Source: Chrysemys picta bellii
Taxonomy: Eukaryota
DNA: 64,000 bases
Assembly: GCF_011386835.1 (NCBI RefSeq)
Contig: NC_088796.1
Location: 104,346,001-104,410,000 of the forward strand
Reading direction: 5' to 3'
The position numbers and the translations under genes were made by a program. How positions within the stretch are numbered: the first letter of the stretch is position 1; every line of letters begins with the position of its first letter. This document shows, piece by piece, positions 37,710-50,065 of the stretch. The notes under the pieces are model-generated. The model saw only the letters and a list, made by a program, of their open reading frames with translations, was not told where the DNA came from and did no database searches.

Positions 37710-37872
37710 ATGCCTGATCTACACTTAAAGTTAGGTCAACATAAATACAGCACTCAGGAGTGTGGGGGGAAAAAACCCTTCTGTCACTGTAGGAAACATC
37801 TACACTATGGTGCTACCGCAGCATACCTATAGCACTGTAGCTGTGCTGCTATAGCGCCCTTAGTCTAGGCAT
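37710..37872. mobile_element. Internally deleted PIF/Harbinger MITE
   Basis: gcctgatctacact left terminus; internal catctacactatgg; decayed right end tagtctaggcatgtc. Confidence 0.5.
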
Positions 37873-37879
37873 GTCATGT

Positions 37880-38572
37880 TAAGGGCTGTTATAATTAGGA
37901 CAATGATCAATTGTTCTCCATATCCACTGAAGGTAGGACAAGAAGTAATGGGCTTAATCTGCAGCAAGGGAGATTTAGGTTAGATATTAGGAAAAACTTC
38001 CTAACTGTAAGGATAGTTAAGCATTGAAATAGATCTCCAAGGGTTGTGGAAAACCCATCTATGATGCATCCCGGGAGTACCCAAGGCTGTGAGGCACCTC
38101 ACTATCACCAGAGGAATTCTTGTCTGTGCCTGTCGCGCTCAGCTCCCCAATGCCACAGGCCATGGACAACACAAGCACATAGATATGTCACCTCCTAGTG
38201 AACGGCCTTCATTCCAAGACCGTAAGTACATAATTTTCAGTATGGATCCTGAATGCCTTAAATGTTATTTGTACATTGATTGCACAGTGATTATGAGGAC
38301 CTGTGGGCTAATGGCTCTCAGTAGAGATCACATAAACCACCCTTTGGTGAACTCTTATGCATACGTCTGACCCAGGCAAGCCCTGTAAAGTCCTGTATAC
38401 CCCCTGTGTAATCTGCCAGTTGGCACCAAGGGGACCCTGTGTTACATCATCATCGGAGGTTTTTAAGAACAGGTGAAACAAACACCTGTCAGGGATGGCC
38501 TACGTGCACTTAGTCCTGCCTCAGCACATGCACAGCACAGGGAGCTGGACTAGATGGCCTCTCATGGTCCCT
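37880..38572 (+). mobile_element. CR1 3' fragment split by a solo LTR
   Basis: ggacaagaagtaatgggcttaatctgcagcaagggagatttaggttagatattaggaaaaac...; resumes tcatcggaggtttttaagaacagg...ggactagatggcctc after 38449. Confidence 0.85.
38062..38449. mobile_element. Solo LTR-like insertion, 388 bp
   Basis: Termini tgatg...catca; cleanly interrupts CR1 at ccca-tcat-cggagg; flanks tcta/tcat fit a mutated 4-bp TSD. Confidence 0.65.
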
Positions 38573-41377
38573 GCATTTATATAAATGAATATAGAATGTT
38601 ACCAGATCAGAATAGTAGTGTTTTACACTCCTCCTCACACCTGCAAATGATTATATAAGGTCCCAAACAGTAGAAAATCAGGTACTACTCCTTGAAATTC
38701 TTAGAACTTTGTCAAGGATTCATTGAATACTTTGAAAGAGGAAAAAGGAACAATGAGTAGATCATATCACTTGTATCACAAAGGATTTTATGATTTCATG
38801 ATCGGTTTTGTAGCCATTATAAAACTGTTGTAAAATTTACCTAGGATCTGGGGAAAAAGAGGGGATTTTTTTTACACTCTTCCTTTCTTCTCTTGTTGTA
38901 ATTTTTTATTTCTACTGTTGTACTTTACATGTTTATTTTCTTCATCTATTCTTTTCACTGCAACTTTGGGGGCCATTTCAGGACTTGGTCATATAAATGT
39001 TAGTATTAAATTTATTTCACACTAGAATAGAACATTCATACTTAGATCAATTTGCAAACAGAGTCATATATTGAAGCTGAAAAGGGAGAAAATAAGAAGT
39101 CTCTTCCTCTATCATTTGTTTCTTTTATTGCAAACCATTATGATAGCTTACAAAATAATTAAATTTGAGTTACGCTTGCCTCTGTATATGTTTACTAAGG
39201 AACTTTACATTTAAAAGAAAAAGATTAAGAGTATGGAAATCAGTATTGAACAGAATAGCTAAATATTCAAATACAATTATTGTTCATATAATTTCTTAAC
39301 TGTTCAGGTGTAAAATATCATAATGTGTATTCCAAAAAACAACCTTAATTCTTCCCTTGTATAGCTATCCACTATCTATCCGACAGAATAATATACTTCA
39401 CAGTGGGTGCATTTAGAATGTTGTTACATTCATTCATTCACAAATCAATACTCATGAAATATAACATTCAGGCCCTCATTCAAGGCCCACTGAAGGGAAT
39501 AGAAAGACACCTATTGACTTTAATGGGCTTGGATTATTGCTCTTTCAGTGTTCCCACACTCAAAAGGATACAACTAGCTGCAGTTTATGGTTATATGCAA
39601 ATTATTGTTAATATTTACATTAAATGTCACACATGTATCTTCACAAACTTGGCAATCATGAAAAATATTTTGAGTCTTCCATTGTTTTTTATAAATATGT
39701 GTTTTCAGTAGGGATTGTAGTATACTGTGTACTGCCACTTTAAAAATCTGTCACTTAGGTCTTTGATGCTTCATGCTAAGGATTCTAAATGCAGACACAA
39801 GACATTCTGAATTGATTGAGTGGAAGTTTACTATGCTTGGACTCTGGCCCACAAGTGATGTTTCCTGGTCCAGTTTGAGCAAATCCATTCAGCCATTTTT
39901 GTGTTACTATGAGAGAGAGAGAAAATACTTTTCCCACTAAAAAAAAGTTCTAAGCTACTGCAAAAGAATGGCTGAAGTTTGGAACTTGGCAATAGCCATG
40001 GTCCTCTGAGGAGTTGTTTTTGTGGGTTGGGGGCAGAGAAACAGGGACTACATTTTATAAAAAAAACTATATATGTTTAATATTCTCAGTGCTAAGGCTG
40101 TTAGAGTCTAATAAAACCGTATCCACTTGGTGATATCACTTCACATTGTCCCAGCCTAGTAGGCCCAGGAGCTACTGCTATCAAGTTACTTTTGGGGGGA
40201 AAAAAAAATTACCTAAGATTGTAAATGTCTGTTGAAACACACCCAGCATATTCTCAAAAAAAATTGTGTTAACCCCAGGGACATGATCAATTTGTGATTG
40301 CAAACCGAAAAGTCAAAATAGTATTTTCTATTACTATTTAATTATCTAGCTTAATACTGTTTGGATACACTCCTGAATTCCTTGCTCTTTCATTCCTATA
40401 TTGCATTCCGGGTACACTGCAAATCTTCCTTGTACATCCTGCATTCCTTGCACACACACACAGTAGGCCTTTGATGTCCTGAAATGTATACCATAAAATA
40501 TACAGGCTGTGCCTCACAGCCAAGTTAACACTGCTCTGGATCCTTAATTTGCTTATTTTTTGTGTTTTGTAAGTCTTAATGTTACATTAATATGATGTTA
40601 TACTTGAACATGTTAATTCTAACAGAAAAAATGTCTGCCTAAGAATGTAAACAGAAATAAATGGCTAGACCCTCACATTCTCCAAGAGAATGGCCACTAA
40701 ACATAGGAGAGCAGACTTCCACTGATCACAACACTTACTTGGTGCATTGTTAAAAAAAAAAAATCCAATTTCCTGGCAAAGCATTAGCATTAAATTGTGT
40801 ATCCATGATCCAAAAGAGAGTTTACTGTGCTACAAGTAATTTTAATTAATTGTTTATCTTTCTGATGGCGGTCTTTTGATATCACAACTAGATATCAGAG
40901 TATTAGCATTATGTGAACTGAATGATTCATTAATTCAATATCACTTTTAGACATTTGAAATATAACTGGCAGACCAGAGCTAAGCAAGTCAAGTCTGCCA
41001 TCAGAGAAAGACATTTCTGACTTCTGTATGAATTATACTTTGTGCTATAATCTTGTGTGGTTAAGACTTTCTCTTATTTGTTTTTCAGGTATTTCCTATG
41101 ACAATTCATTTGGTGCCTGATCCAAGCCCCATTGAAATCAGTGTCAAGTTTTCTACTGACTTCACTGGGCATGAATAAGGCTCTTGATGAAGAACCTGAA
41201 GTCACACACACACAAAAAATATCAATATCATCAGTTAGAGCTAGAAACATTTGCCTCCATATGGTTCTGTCCAACATATTGCATAGTTTCCTATGAATAC
41301 TGTCTTCTACAGAATTTAGATTTGAAGGTTTCAGGAACCCCCTTTTTTTTTTTTTTTTTTTTTACATACTCCCCACA

Positions 41378-41820
41378 CTAGTGTTGGCGCACAGGGTGGA
41401 AACTAGTTTCTTCCATTCCTCTCTGTCAGTTGCTATTGCTTCCATCCGCTCTATGGTGTTGAGATTGACTGTTCTTCCCTCCCAGTGAAGAGTTCTACTT
41501 AAGGTTTCTCTTGGGCTCCATTGTTTCCTTACACAGTTGGTTTCCACCTGACAGCTTCTTTATGTGGAAGTCTGTGTGTTGGCATCTGGAGTACATGCCC
41601 CAAGGAGGTCCAGTGCTTCCTTCTGATTCTGGTGGAAATGAGCAGCTGGCTGGTGATTTCTCAGATCTCTTCATTGGTACTAAAGTCTTTCCAACCAATG
41701 CCCAGAATCTTTCATGCACACTTGTTTTCGAAGGTGCCTAGTTTTCTGTCTAACGTTTTGGTAGATTTCCAGCTCTTGCAGTTATATGTTAACACTGAGA
41801 GTATGAATTTAAAATTCTCT
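41378..41820 (-). mobile_element. RTE-clade LINE 3' fragment
   Basis: Minus-strand LGIGWKDFSTNEEI*EITSQLLISTRIRRKHWTSLGHVLQMP and PRETLSRT...ATDREEWKKLVSTLCA match the RTE C-terminal pattern W.D..TNEE...W..LGHV.RM...A.DR..W. Confidence 0.75.
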
Positions 41821-42389
41821 GTTTTGTTCAATCAATTAGGTATAAAATGTTTTGGATAGGAACATGAAACAGAGTGTTGGGCCATTTCTACAGGTATTCT
41901 CATTTCCACATTCTCTGATCTTAAGTCAGGGAGAGGAATCTCCATACTGGAAATCACATTTGATGGATAACTAAATTAGGGGGGAATATTAAGCTCCTTT
42001 GAACGCATTATGTGAGAGATTTAACCTGCCAGCATCATTTTTTTTTTTTTAACATCGCTGCAGCTCTGGCTCTGTGTCAGTACATTTTAAGCAGACTCAA
42101 TACATTCACCTAGAATGAACTCATTAAAGGTTCTATTAGCTGAAGTTCATTCCCCTCTTCCCTCCTCCCCCCCAAAAAAGGGATGTGTTGCCCACCCTGT
42201 ATAAAGGCTACAGAGTGGACAAAATGATAAGATAGAAATAGAGCTGATCCTTTGTCCAAAATTAAAACCCAATCAAAACTTTGTGAGTTTATAAAATGTC
42301 CAAGTGGCTGGTAATAGTAATCATTAGCACACATGCAGTGCTTTACATCTACATTGTACTGTAAAAATATTAACAAATTAATCATCAGA

Positions 42390-42545
42390 AAGCCCTTCTG
42401 AGGTAAGTATTATCTCCATTTTACTTGGGGACAACTGAGACACAGAATGCTTAAGTGTCTTCCCCTAAGTCACTCCTGTCTGAGCTAGAATTAGAATTCA
42501 GGATTTCTTGGCTCCTAGTTCTGTGCTTTTGCCTACTAGACTACA
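42390..42545 (-). mobile_element. MIR/CORE-SINE
   Basis: gaggtaagtattatctccattttacttggggacaactgagacacaga..ttaagtgtcttcccctaagtcac..agaattcaggatttc..ctactagactaca: reverse CORE plus tRNA-like head. Confidence 0.75.
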
Positions 42546-43914
42546 TCATCTTTTTCTTTTCTTGGTATTTACATGAATCCCATGCCTATAATTTCTTTTC
42601 TGGTTTGGAGGAATCCAGAACTGAAGGCAGTATTCAAGGAATAGTCTCTGTGACATGATGCCTATGCATATGCAATCCAAAAATCATATTTGATTATTTT
42701 GCTGATACGTCATATTGCTGCCACTGGAGCATGAGTTGTGAACATCACATCATTAATAGGACCTCCATCACCAGAGGCCTGCTGCAGCTGCTTGTTTGGC
42801 AGCATTGTCTGAAGCAGCCTCGTATATAGGTATTAGCCCTTTCACATCTATTTGTCCCAATTTAGAACTGATTCTATTTCCACTGAAGTCTGTGGCAAAA
42901 CTACCATTGACTTCGGGGTAATTAGGATTGGTTTCTTAAAACCGTATCCCTTCTCATTTAAGATATGATGGCATATAAAGTGACAGATGTTTGGCAAGGT
43001 AATTAGAACCCGACCCACTTAAAGCATGAAACATGAACTCTGTAGGCCATCACCTTGCCATTATTCATTTTATTAAACCCCTCCTTAAATGGTTTATAAT
43101 TATTTCAATTTTTAATAAGCATCCTAAATAACTAGCCAGTTACACGGTAACTTGAGAGATCAGATAAGCTCTGAGGGAGCTATTCTGGTCTTTCTTGTAA
43201 ACAATAAAAAGTTAATAAGGTAACTAATGCATATTTTCAAAAACTTTCTGATTATGTATAAAACAGAGGGACTAAAACAACTTCAGAGGAACCATTCTGT
43301 TCTTCCAGGCAAACAATATAAATGTTAAAACTTTCCATAAAAGACATGTTTATCTTAAAAAAAAAAAAAAAAAAAGGACACTAATAAATTAAATTTTAAA
43401 ACTATATTTAAAGACGCTCATAGAGAGACTTAGACAAAATTCAGGAAATCAAATGTAGGGATGAAAACTCAAATATAAAGATGGTATATTTCATACCACT
43501 GTACATTTTTGAAACAATTTGTATAAACTAAGGCTGGATTGTCAGCATAAACTTTGAATTTATTGGCTTCTGTTGCTTTAAATCAGACCCTTCACATTAT
43601 TTAAACATAGTTTTTTTCTATTTAATATTCAGAATGATAGAACTACACATTAGACTGCAGATAGATACATCATTCATCCTGGTAGAATGCATATCTCATA
43701 ACACTTAAGTAGTTTATTAAACTTGTTTCATCAGAGATAGGATAAATTTTATAATTGACAGCAAGTCATAGGCATGTACTATATTTATCATATTTAACAT
43801 TACCCTATGTTACAGAAACTATTCTACTTCTGTCTCTTAAGGACTTTTTTCTTGAAGAAAAAAATATATGAAATATGTAAATGTTGTTTAAAAATGGCTT
43901 AAATCTTAACTCCC

Positions 43915-44150
43915 ACATGGAATTGGTTTAGTGGTCTCAGTTCAGTCCCTAGTGGACACTAGAGTATATCATGAAAACCACCACACATAATTTGGCACCA
44001 TTTAGTACAACTGGCAGGCTCTGATGTGGAGAGGTCTGGTAATGAGCCTAGGGAGACTGAATGACCTCTTATTTTAGGGAGTATGGACTCTCCAAGTCAG
44101 TACTGAAGTTAAATAGTATAGGGAAGTTCACTCTGCAGCTGTTTGCTCCC
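43915..44150 (+). mobile_element. LF-SINE-like fragment
   Basis: gtggtctcagttcagtccctagtggaca..aaaaccaccac..ttggcacc..ggagactgaa..ctctccaagtcag resembles the LF-SINE consensus as I remember it. Confidence 0.55.
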
Positions 44151-45770
44151 TTTCTAACCTACGGGATTTAGAGGCCTTGCATTTGAGACTAACCCAATCA
44201 ATGGGTAAGCATAGATATTTAGCAAAAGAAAATCAAGAGGACTCTCCTGTCCCCTAGGAAGTAGCAGCATCTGGGGGTGTTGACATTAGAGTTTTGTCCC
44301 GTTTCCTACCATTGGTACCCTCTGTTCAGCTAGACCAATGCTAGCAACGGTGAGAGTGCTTGTGCAGATAGGGTCGCAAGGGTCTGCTGGCGTTTAAGCA
44401 CTAGGTTATCTAACTCTGTTCATAGTCACACAGGGTTACAATCTGGCAGCCAGCAGTAATTTTTCTACACTAGTGTTCCTATAGTTGAGGCTGAACTGAT
44501 GGTAGCAACAGGAAGAAATTTGGGGCAAAAATGTCTGATGTAGACAAGGCCTTTGTTGCTTTTTGGTATCCTTTTTGCTATAGCTAGTATAAGACTTCTG
44601 TTAGGGTATTTCTAGATTAGTGTTTTGACTGCTTAGTTTTTCCCAGACTTTAGAAAACTGAGGCCACCATGAGGAAAAATGGAAACCAGTTGTAACCCTT
44701 TTAGTACCACTGTATCTTGTTCAAGGACTACCCATATTTTAAATCTTCATAATATAATACTCCCTCTCCTTTCTTACATGCTGTGAGCAATTAAATAGTT
44801 AACAAATTTGATATTTTGTCATTGTAAATATTATCATTGGCATCAAAAATAGTGCCCACTGAAATGAATAGAGCAGGTCACACCTCAAAGCTTTGTTTCA
44901 GGCTCTCTGTAAATTCAGGCAGAAATTGCCACATCAGTTATACATTCACATTGATATATTTATTCACAACTACAACATTTAAATGAAAGCTGAGACTCTG
45001 GAGAACAAATTAAAGGTCTGTTTGTGTCTTCCCTCCACCCTTCCTGCAACTAATCCTTCCACATGCCCAGAGGTGGACCCAATACTTCAGAAAACACTAG
45101 CTTAATGTACCGCTTTTCCTTGGAAGGTTCAATGGTCTTGTATTGGGATGTCATGAAAAGCTAAACAGAATAAAAAAACCTCCTGAAAAGACCAGCAAAC
45201 AGTTGGGACAGAGGGACGTTTCTGCTGGCTGCAGTTCTCCCAGGCAAAAGGCCTCTCTCTCTGTCTCTAGTTTTTCCCCAGAGGAATGGACACGTACAGT
45301 GGAGGTTCCTGAGGGTTCTTTAAAAAGGTTATTACAAACTGTGAATGTTATGACAACAAACAAGACTTCAAGCAAATATTGAAATATTCACTTCAAGAGT
45401 CATAAATGGTAAAATGGTTGTGTGTACTTGCCAGTCTATGGAGACATGGTATCTCTGTGCGTAATGATGCCTGGGTAATTGAGTGACACTTTGTCAAGCG
45501 CTGGATTCACATATTATGGTGTGATTAGAAATTCTGACTTGGCAAGTTCCTCACAGCATCCCTACGAGAGCAGAACTTGTGGGGATCATAAGTGAACATT
45601 TCTTGTTTTTTTTAGCCTTTGCATTTATGGTTTTGACATCTGATTCCAGAAGGGTCCAGGAAGCAAAGGGCACTGCTCTGTGTTACTTCTGCCCTAACAA
45701 CATATTTTGTAGGTGACTAATGGTAAAGTTAATACCAGTGCCCCAGAGTGTAATTCTTCAAGCTTTAATT

Positions 45771-46101
45771 CAATGCTGCCCAAGGGGGGGGACAAGTGGG
45801 GCAATTTGCCCCGGGCCCCACAGGGGGCCCCCCGAGAGTTTTTCGGGGGCCCCCGGAGCGGGGTCCTTCACTCGCTCTGGGGGCCCCGGACCTTCTTCTG
45901 CTCCGGGTCTTCGGCGGCAGTTCAGCAGCGGGGGGTCCTTCTGCTCCGGGACCTGCCACTGAAGTGCCCTGAAGACCTGCGGCGGGGGTCCTTCTGCCCT
46001 GGGACCCGCCACCAAAGTGCCAGGTCTTCGGCAGCAATTCGGCGGCGGGGGCTCCCTGCCACCGAAGACCCCAGGCCCCCTGAATCCTTTGGGCGGCCCT
46101 G
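45771..46101. mobile_element. hAT MITE, 331 bp, GC-rich
   Basis: Perfect 8-bp TSD ctttaatt (45763-45770, 46102-46109); TIRs caatgctgccca / tgggcggccctg; same family as 61091-61444. Confidence 0.9.
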
Positions 46102-46312
46102 CTTTAATTACACGAGTAATCCTTTCTCACACTAGTAGTCCCATTGACATCAAAGATCACTCATGTGAATGAGATTTGCAAGATTGGACCCATTGTGCAG
46201 GAGAACATTTATCTTCTCAGTAAACTATATAATATTTTATATTGGGTGATGAGGAATCCACATTTTGGAAGGTATTGGTGGATGTCCTGGATTTTTTCCT
46301 CTGATACAGAAT

Positions 46313-46435
46313 TACGGTTGCCAACCCTCCAGGCTTGTCCTGGAATCTTCAGGAATTAAAGATTAATCTTTAATTAAAGATTATGTCATGTGATGAAGCT
46401 TCCATGAGTATATTCAACCAAAATTGGCAACCCTA
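46313..46435. mobile_element. Minimal hAT MITE, 123 bp
   Basis: TIRs tacggttgccaa / ttggcaacccta; 8-bp TSD tacagaat/tacagagt (7/8); 22-bp perfect palindrome aattaaagattaatctttaatt at 46354-46375. Confidence 0.8.
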
Positions 46436-48035
46436 TACAGAGTTGATTGGGGCACTGAGTCGAACCCCTCTTCCTCTTTACTTCTCAATTAAAACTAAGT
46501 AAAACTTTCAGGATCTTTGAAGAACTTGGTACTTGAGGGATGTTTGTTTCTCAAGATGGGACTGTTCAGAAAGGATATTGTACCACTCTTGTTTCTTTTT
46601 ATTCTGTATGAAATTGTAATAGAGTTCTTCACATTGGGTGGGAGGGGAGAGAGATGTTTTTTTTTAATTGAATAAGCAAGTTTATGTTTCCCTGATGTAT
46701 ATTGTGCCATTCAGTCACTTCCAATTAAGTTCATTCATTTAGAGCTGAGCTCAGACTTTTGGGTACTAGACCAACTGTATTCAACCCTGCAAATATTTCA
46801 GTGTATTATGAATGACAATGAAAGAATCATTTTAAGTTCTGCAGCCATCACTGATATATGTGAAGATGATTTCTTCTGTGGAAAATAGCATAAATATTTT
46901 TTACAAAGAAAATGTTAGAAAAAAAGTTTACTAGCATTGTAATGGCACTTCACACTTATGAATCACCTCCAGGGGGATGGGAAAGAAACAAGCCGCCTTT
47001 TCACATTCTATCTGCCCATTGCTCCAAGGGACCTTACAAGTCCATGTCAGAAAAAACAGACACAATTCATACATTGTATGGCAGACTTCCATTGGCACTG
47101 TTTCATACTGATGGGCCATGCATTCTATTTAATGATTGCAGAAACAGTTTGATGTTATTGGCTTTCGGCCTAATGCTGGGAGGCGCTGAGTGGCCCCTAT
47201 GAAATACTCAGTACCCCTGAATTCCCCCTGGCCTCAGTGGGAGGTCAGGGCCCTCAGCACAATGCAGAATTGGGCCCATATGGCTATTACCATTCATAAG
47301 TTAATTTTACTGCTTTTCAACAGTTGTGAAACATATACCATGACATGCCCTTTTGGAACAGCTGGAAAATTATGCTGTAACTAAAATTCCTTCATTCAGC
47401 TTCCCATGGACTGCATCTTGCTAAGAGAATCCAGAGACAATCTAAATAGTGGTTAAAATATACATTTAGCATAGGCATAAATGTCACTATTTATTTTGTT
47501 TTAGGACAAACACAGTTGATAACGGCACTACTTTTATTTTGCATATAATAGTACTGAATTTTATTGCATTGTACAGTACATGGAAAACACAGAAAGACAG
47601 TCGATAAAATGTTTAAAATCACAGAACTATAATTCCTGAGTTTTTTCCCCCCTGGTGGGACAAATTCTGTCACAGCAGCATACAGAATAATTTCCATGGG
47701 GCAAATTCTTCTCTCCATTACACCATCGTAAATCTAGAATAATTCAATAGTTGTGATTACAGCAAAAGCAGAATTTGGCCCTACGGAACTACTCATGAGA
47801 ACCAGGCAAGCAGAAAATGCCTTTATGTATATTTTTTTAATCCTGGCACCAGGAATCATAGTATTAGGTTTGTTAATGTACTGCTTATAGAACAACACTG
47901 GGAGACTACAATTTGATATGTAAATTTTTATCATCTGATTTTTCAGAAATACTGTGCACCCTCAATTCCAATTGAAGTCAATGGGAGCTGTCAGTGCTCA
48001 GCACCTTTGAAAATCATTATATTAGTGTAGACAGT

Positions 48036-50065
48036 TATATATGGAGATATACCTGTCTGTTACAGCTGTCCCCCTGTTGGATTCCTTTTTCCCCTTCCTT
48101 TCTGTTTGTGCTGAGTGGCCGCCCCCGCTCCCCCGGCCATGGAACTGACCAAAGTCACAGCCTGGCCCTGCTCATGGAAATGGCTTGTGCAGACTGACTG
48201 GAGCCATTGCTCTGCTCAGAGAAGGGGGGGCTTTTCGCTCCTTTGTCTAGCTTCTTTGTTCGGACCCGGCTCGGTGTAGGGTGCTCTGCCCAGGTATGCA
48301 AGACCTAAAGTGGCCACAGAGCTAAGCATATGAGTCATACCTGTGGCTCAGAAGATGCCCAGGCATGCCTATGCTTACCTGCAATCTTTTCCTGCCTTCT
48401 CTCCTCCCCTGTATCAAGAGGAGCCAGTCAAAGTTACTGGCGGGAAACTGCCTGAATTTTCCCTTCAAAACAGACATTTTCTGATCAGACCCCCGGAGAA
48501 GGTCCTTGCTTTGCCACCTGGTCTGATCTCTTTGGGGGCCCTCTCCCCGGTCTCATTTGTTTTTGAGCGTACCCCCATTTTTAAACTCCCCTCCCACAAA
48601 CAACAAATTTGTGCCTGGAGATCTCCTGATTATTGTAAGTGAATCGAGTCCTCTCTGAGTCCTCTGATGCTGAAACTGCTGTTCCTGCTGCTGCTTTGGG
48701 GATCGGTAAGGAAAAACCTCTTGCACACACCCCTTGTTTTACCTGCTGACTTTCTTTCCCCCAGCAGGCAGACCCAAGCTAACTTCTTGGTCTGTATCTG
48801 TAATCTGTTTCTTGCTCCGCAGCGCCTTTGCTGCTAGAAATAAGCATGTGCCTTCCTGGACTGTATCCTAGGCTGCCAGCTTGCAGCCACTCCACTGCTG
48901 CAGTCACCACTAGTTAATCCCCCCCCCCTTGGAGCTGTATCCTGGGCACACACCAGTCTGCCCTCTGGAACTACCCCTAGTATAAGGTGCACCCATTAGG
49001 TTAGATTTAGCTTTTAATCTAGATAAATTGTAATTTCATTTTGCATAGCTGTGGTTAAGCTAGGTTTAGGAAATTGCTTGCATTGTACTCTGTAAGTTAG
49101 GCTTAAAAATTTGTTGCATTGTGTTTTGTTACTTGCTAATTTGTGTAGTCTTGGTTAAGTTAAATCATAGATAAGATTTTACTGTGTTCTGTATAATTGT
49201 CTCTCTGCTGTTTAAACTTGCAGCCTGTCTGCTTTCTCTCTCTCTTTCTCTCTGCTGTTTAAACTTGCAGCCTGTCTGCTCTCTGTGTCTCCCTGAGTTT
49301 AAATCTCCCTCTGCCTTTGGCCCCTGCTCCACCACAAGCTCCTCTTCCCCCATCCTCACTTCTCTACCACTTTCTTTCTCTCTCTCTCTCTCTCTCTTTT
49401 AATCCCTTCCCCCACGTGCTCACCCCGTTCCCACTGCTGCCAAACCTCAATTGTATTACTGAAGTCTAGCATAAAACCCCATTGGTTACCCCTTTTCTCT
49501 CTAACACACCTCACATTTTACATTTACACCACTGTGACACATTTTTTACCTAAAGTTGTTGGTTATTTAACACATTTTACCTATACTGTTAGTTGGTTAT
49601 ATGCTGCTGTGACACACTCTTTACATAGAAATTGTTAGCTACCTGTTACATTTATACTTCAGTGTTAATTGGTTACCAACTGTATTGTACCCCACTGTAT
49701 TGTACCCCACTATTGAAACCCCTATCCTGTTTACTAAAAGAAACCCCTCCCCAATTGTCTACCTTAACAAACCCCATACCCCTCACTATTAAATTTTCCC
49801 TGTTTTTGCATTTTCTTAATAAAGTTTATTTTGCACCCCACCAGTGCAGTAGTTGTCCCCCAAGGTCCCCCACCTGCTGGCAGGGACAATACCTATCTCA
49901 TAGAACTGGAAGGGACCCTGAAAGGTCATGGAGTCCAGCCCCCTGCCTTCACTAGCAGGACCAAGTACTGATTTTTGCCCCAGATCCCTAAATGGCCCCC
50001 TCAAGGATTAAACTCACAACCCTGGGTTTAGCAGGCCAATGCTCAAACCACTGAGCTATCCCTCC
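48036..50065 (-). mobile_element. Tortoise polIII/SINE (tRNA-derived, CR1-like tail): body 49889-50065, tail tip 48036-48053, split by a 1835-bp insertion
   Basis: Minus strand reads ggagggatagctcagtggtttgagcattggcctgctaaacccagggttgtgagtttaatccttgagggggccatttagggatctgggg...ccagttctatgagataggtat; the continuation atctccatatata lies left of the insertion. Confidence 0.92.
48054..49888 (+). mobile_element. 1835-bp solo-LTR-like element of unknown family
   Basis: TGTC...GACA termini; perfect 5-bp TSD atacc (48049-48053, 49889-49893); AATAAA at 49818-49823; no coding ORF and no long terminal direct or inverted repeats. Confidence 0.8.

Larger units (their letters stand above)
36600..39200 (+). 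mobile_element. Ancient, fragmented L1-clade LINE ORF2 (RT region), interrupted by younger insertions
   Basis: Across frameshifts: EELDTSYESQEITGAIKQLKTN*TP..FSINLYKVITSKVDPLLANVF, KIFAMLLVANLKTTRPFL..KDHIGF, FDKEFNWDDWL..VQKIIGIG, ILQRTIQQA, and weaker YLG and SLPLS motifs. These are collinear with L1 RT motifs. The right boundary is uncertain. Confidence 0.6.

Noticed and set aside
45150-45714. Further plus-strand exon-like segments (strong acceptors near 45280 and 45615)
   Set aside because: Stops occur in all frames of the first, there is no recognisable homology, and such signals are expected by chance in AT-rich DNA.
49990-50065. tRNA gene
   Set aside because: It has A/B boxes but is the head of a tortoise polIII/SINE, joined directly to a CR1-like tail, with no complete cloverleaf or terminator.
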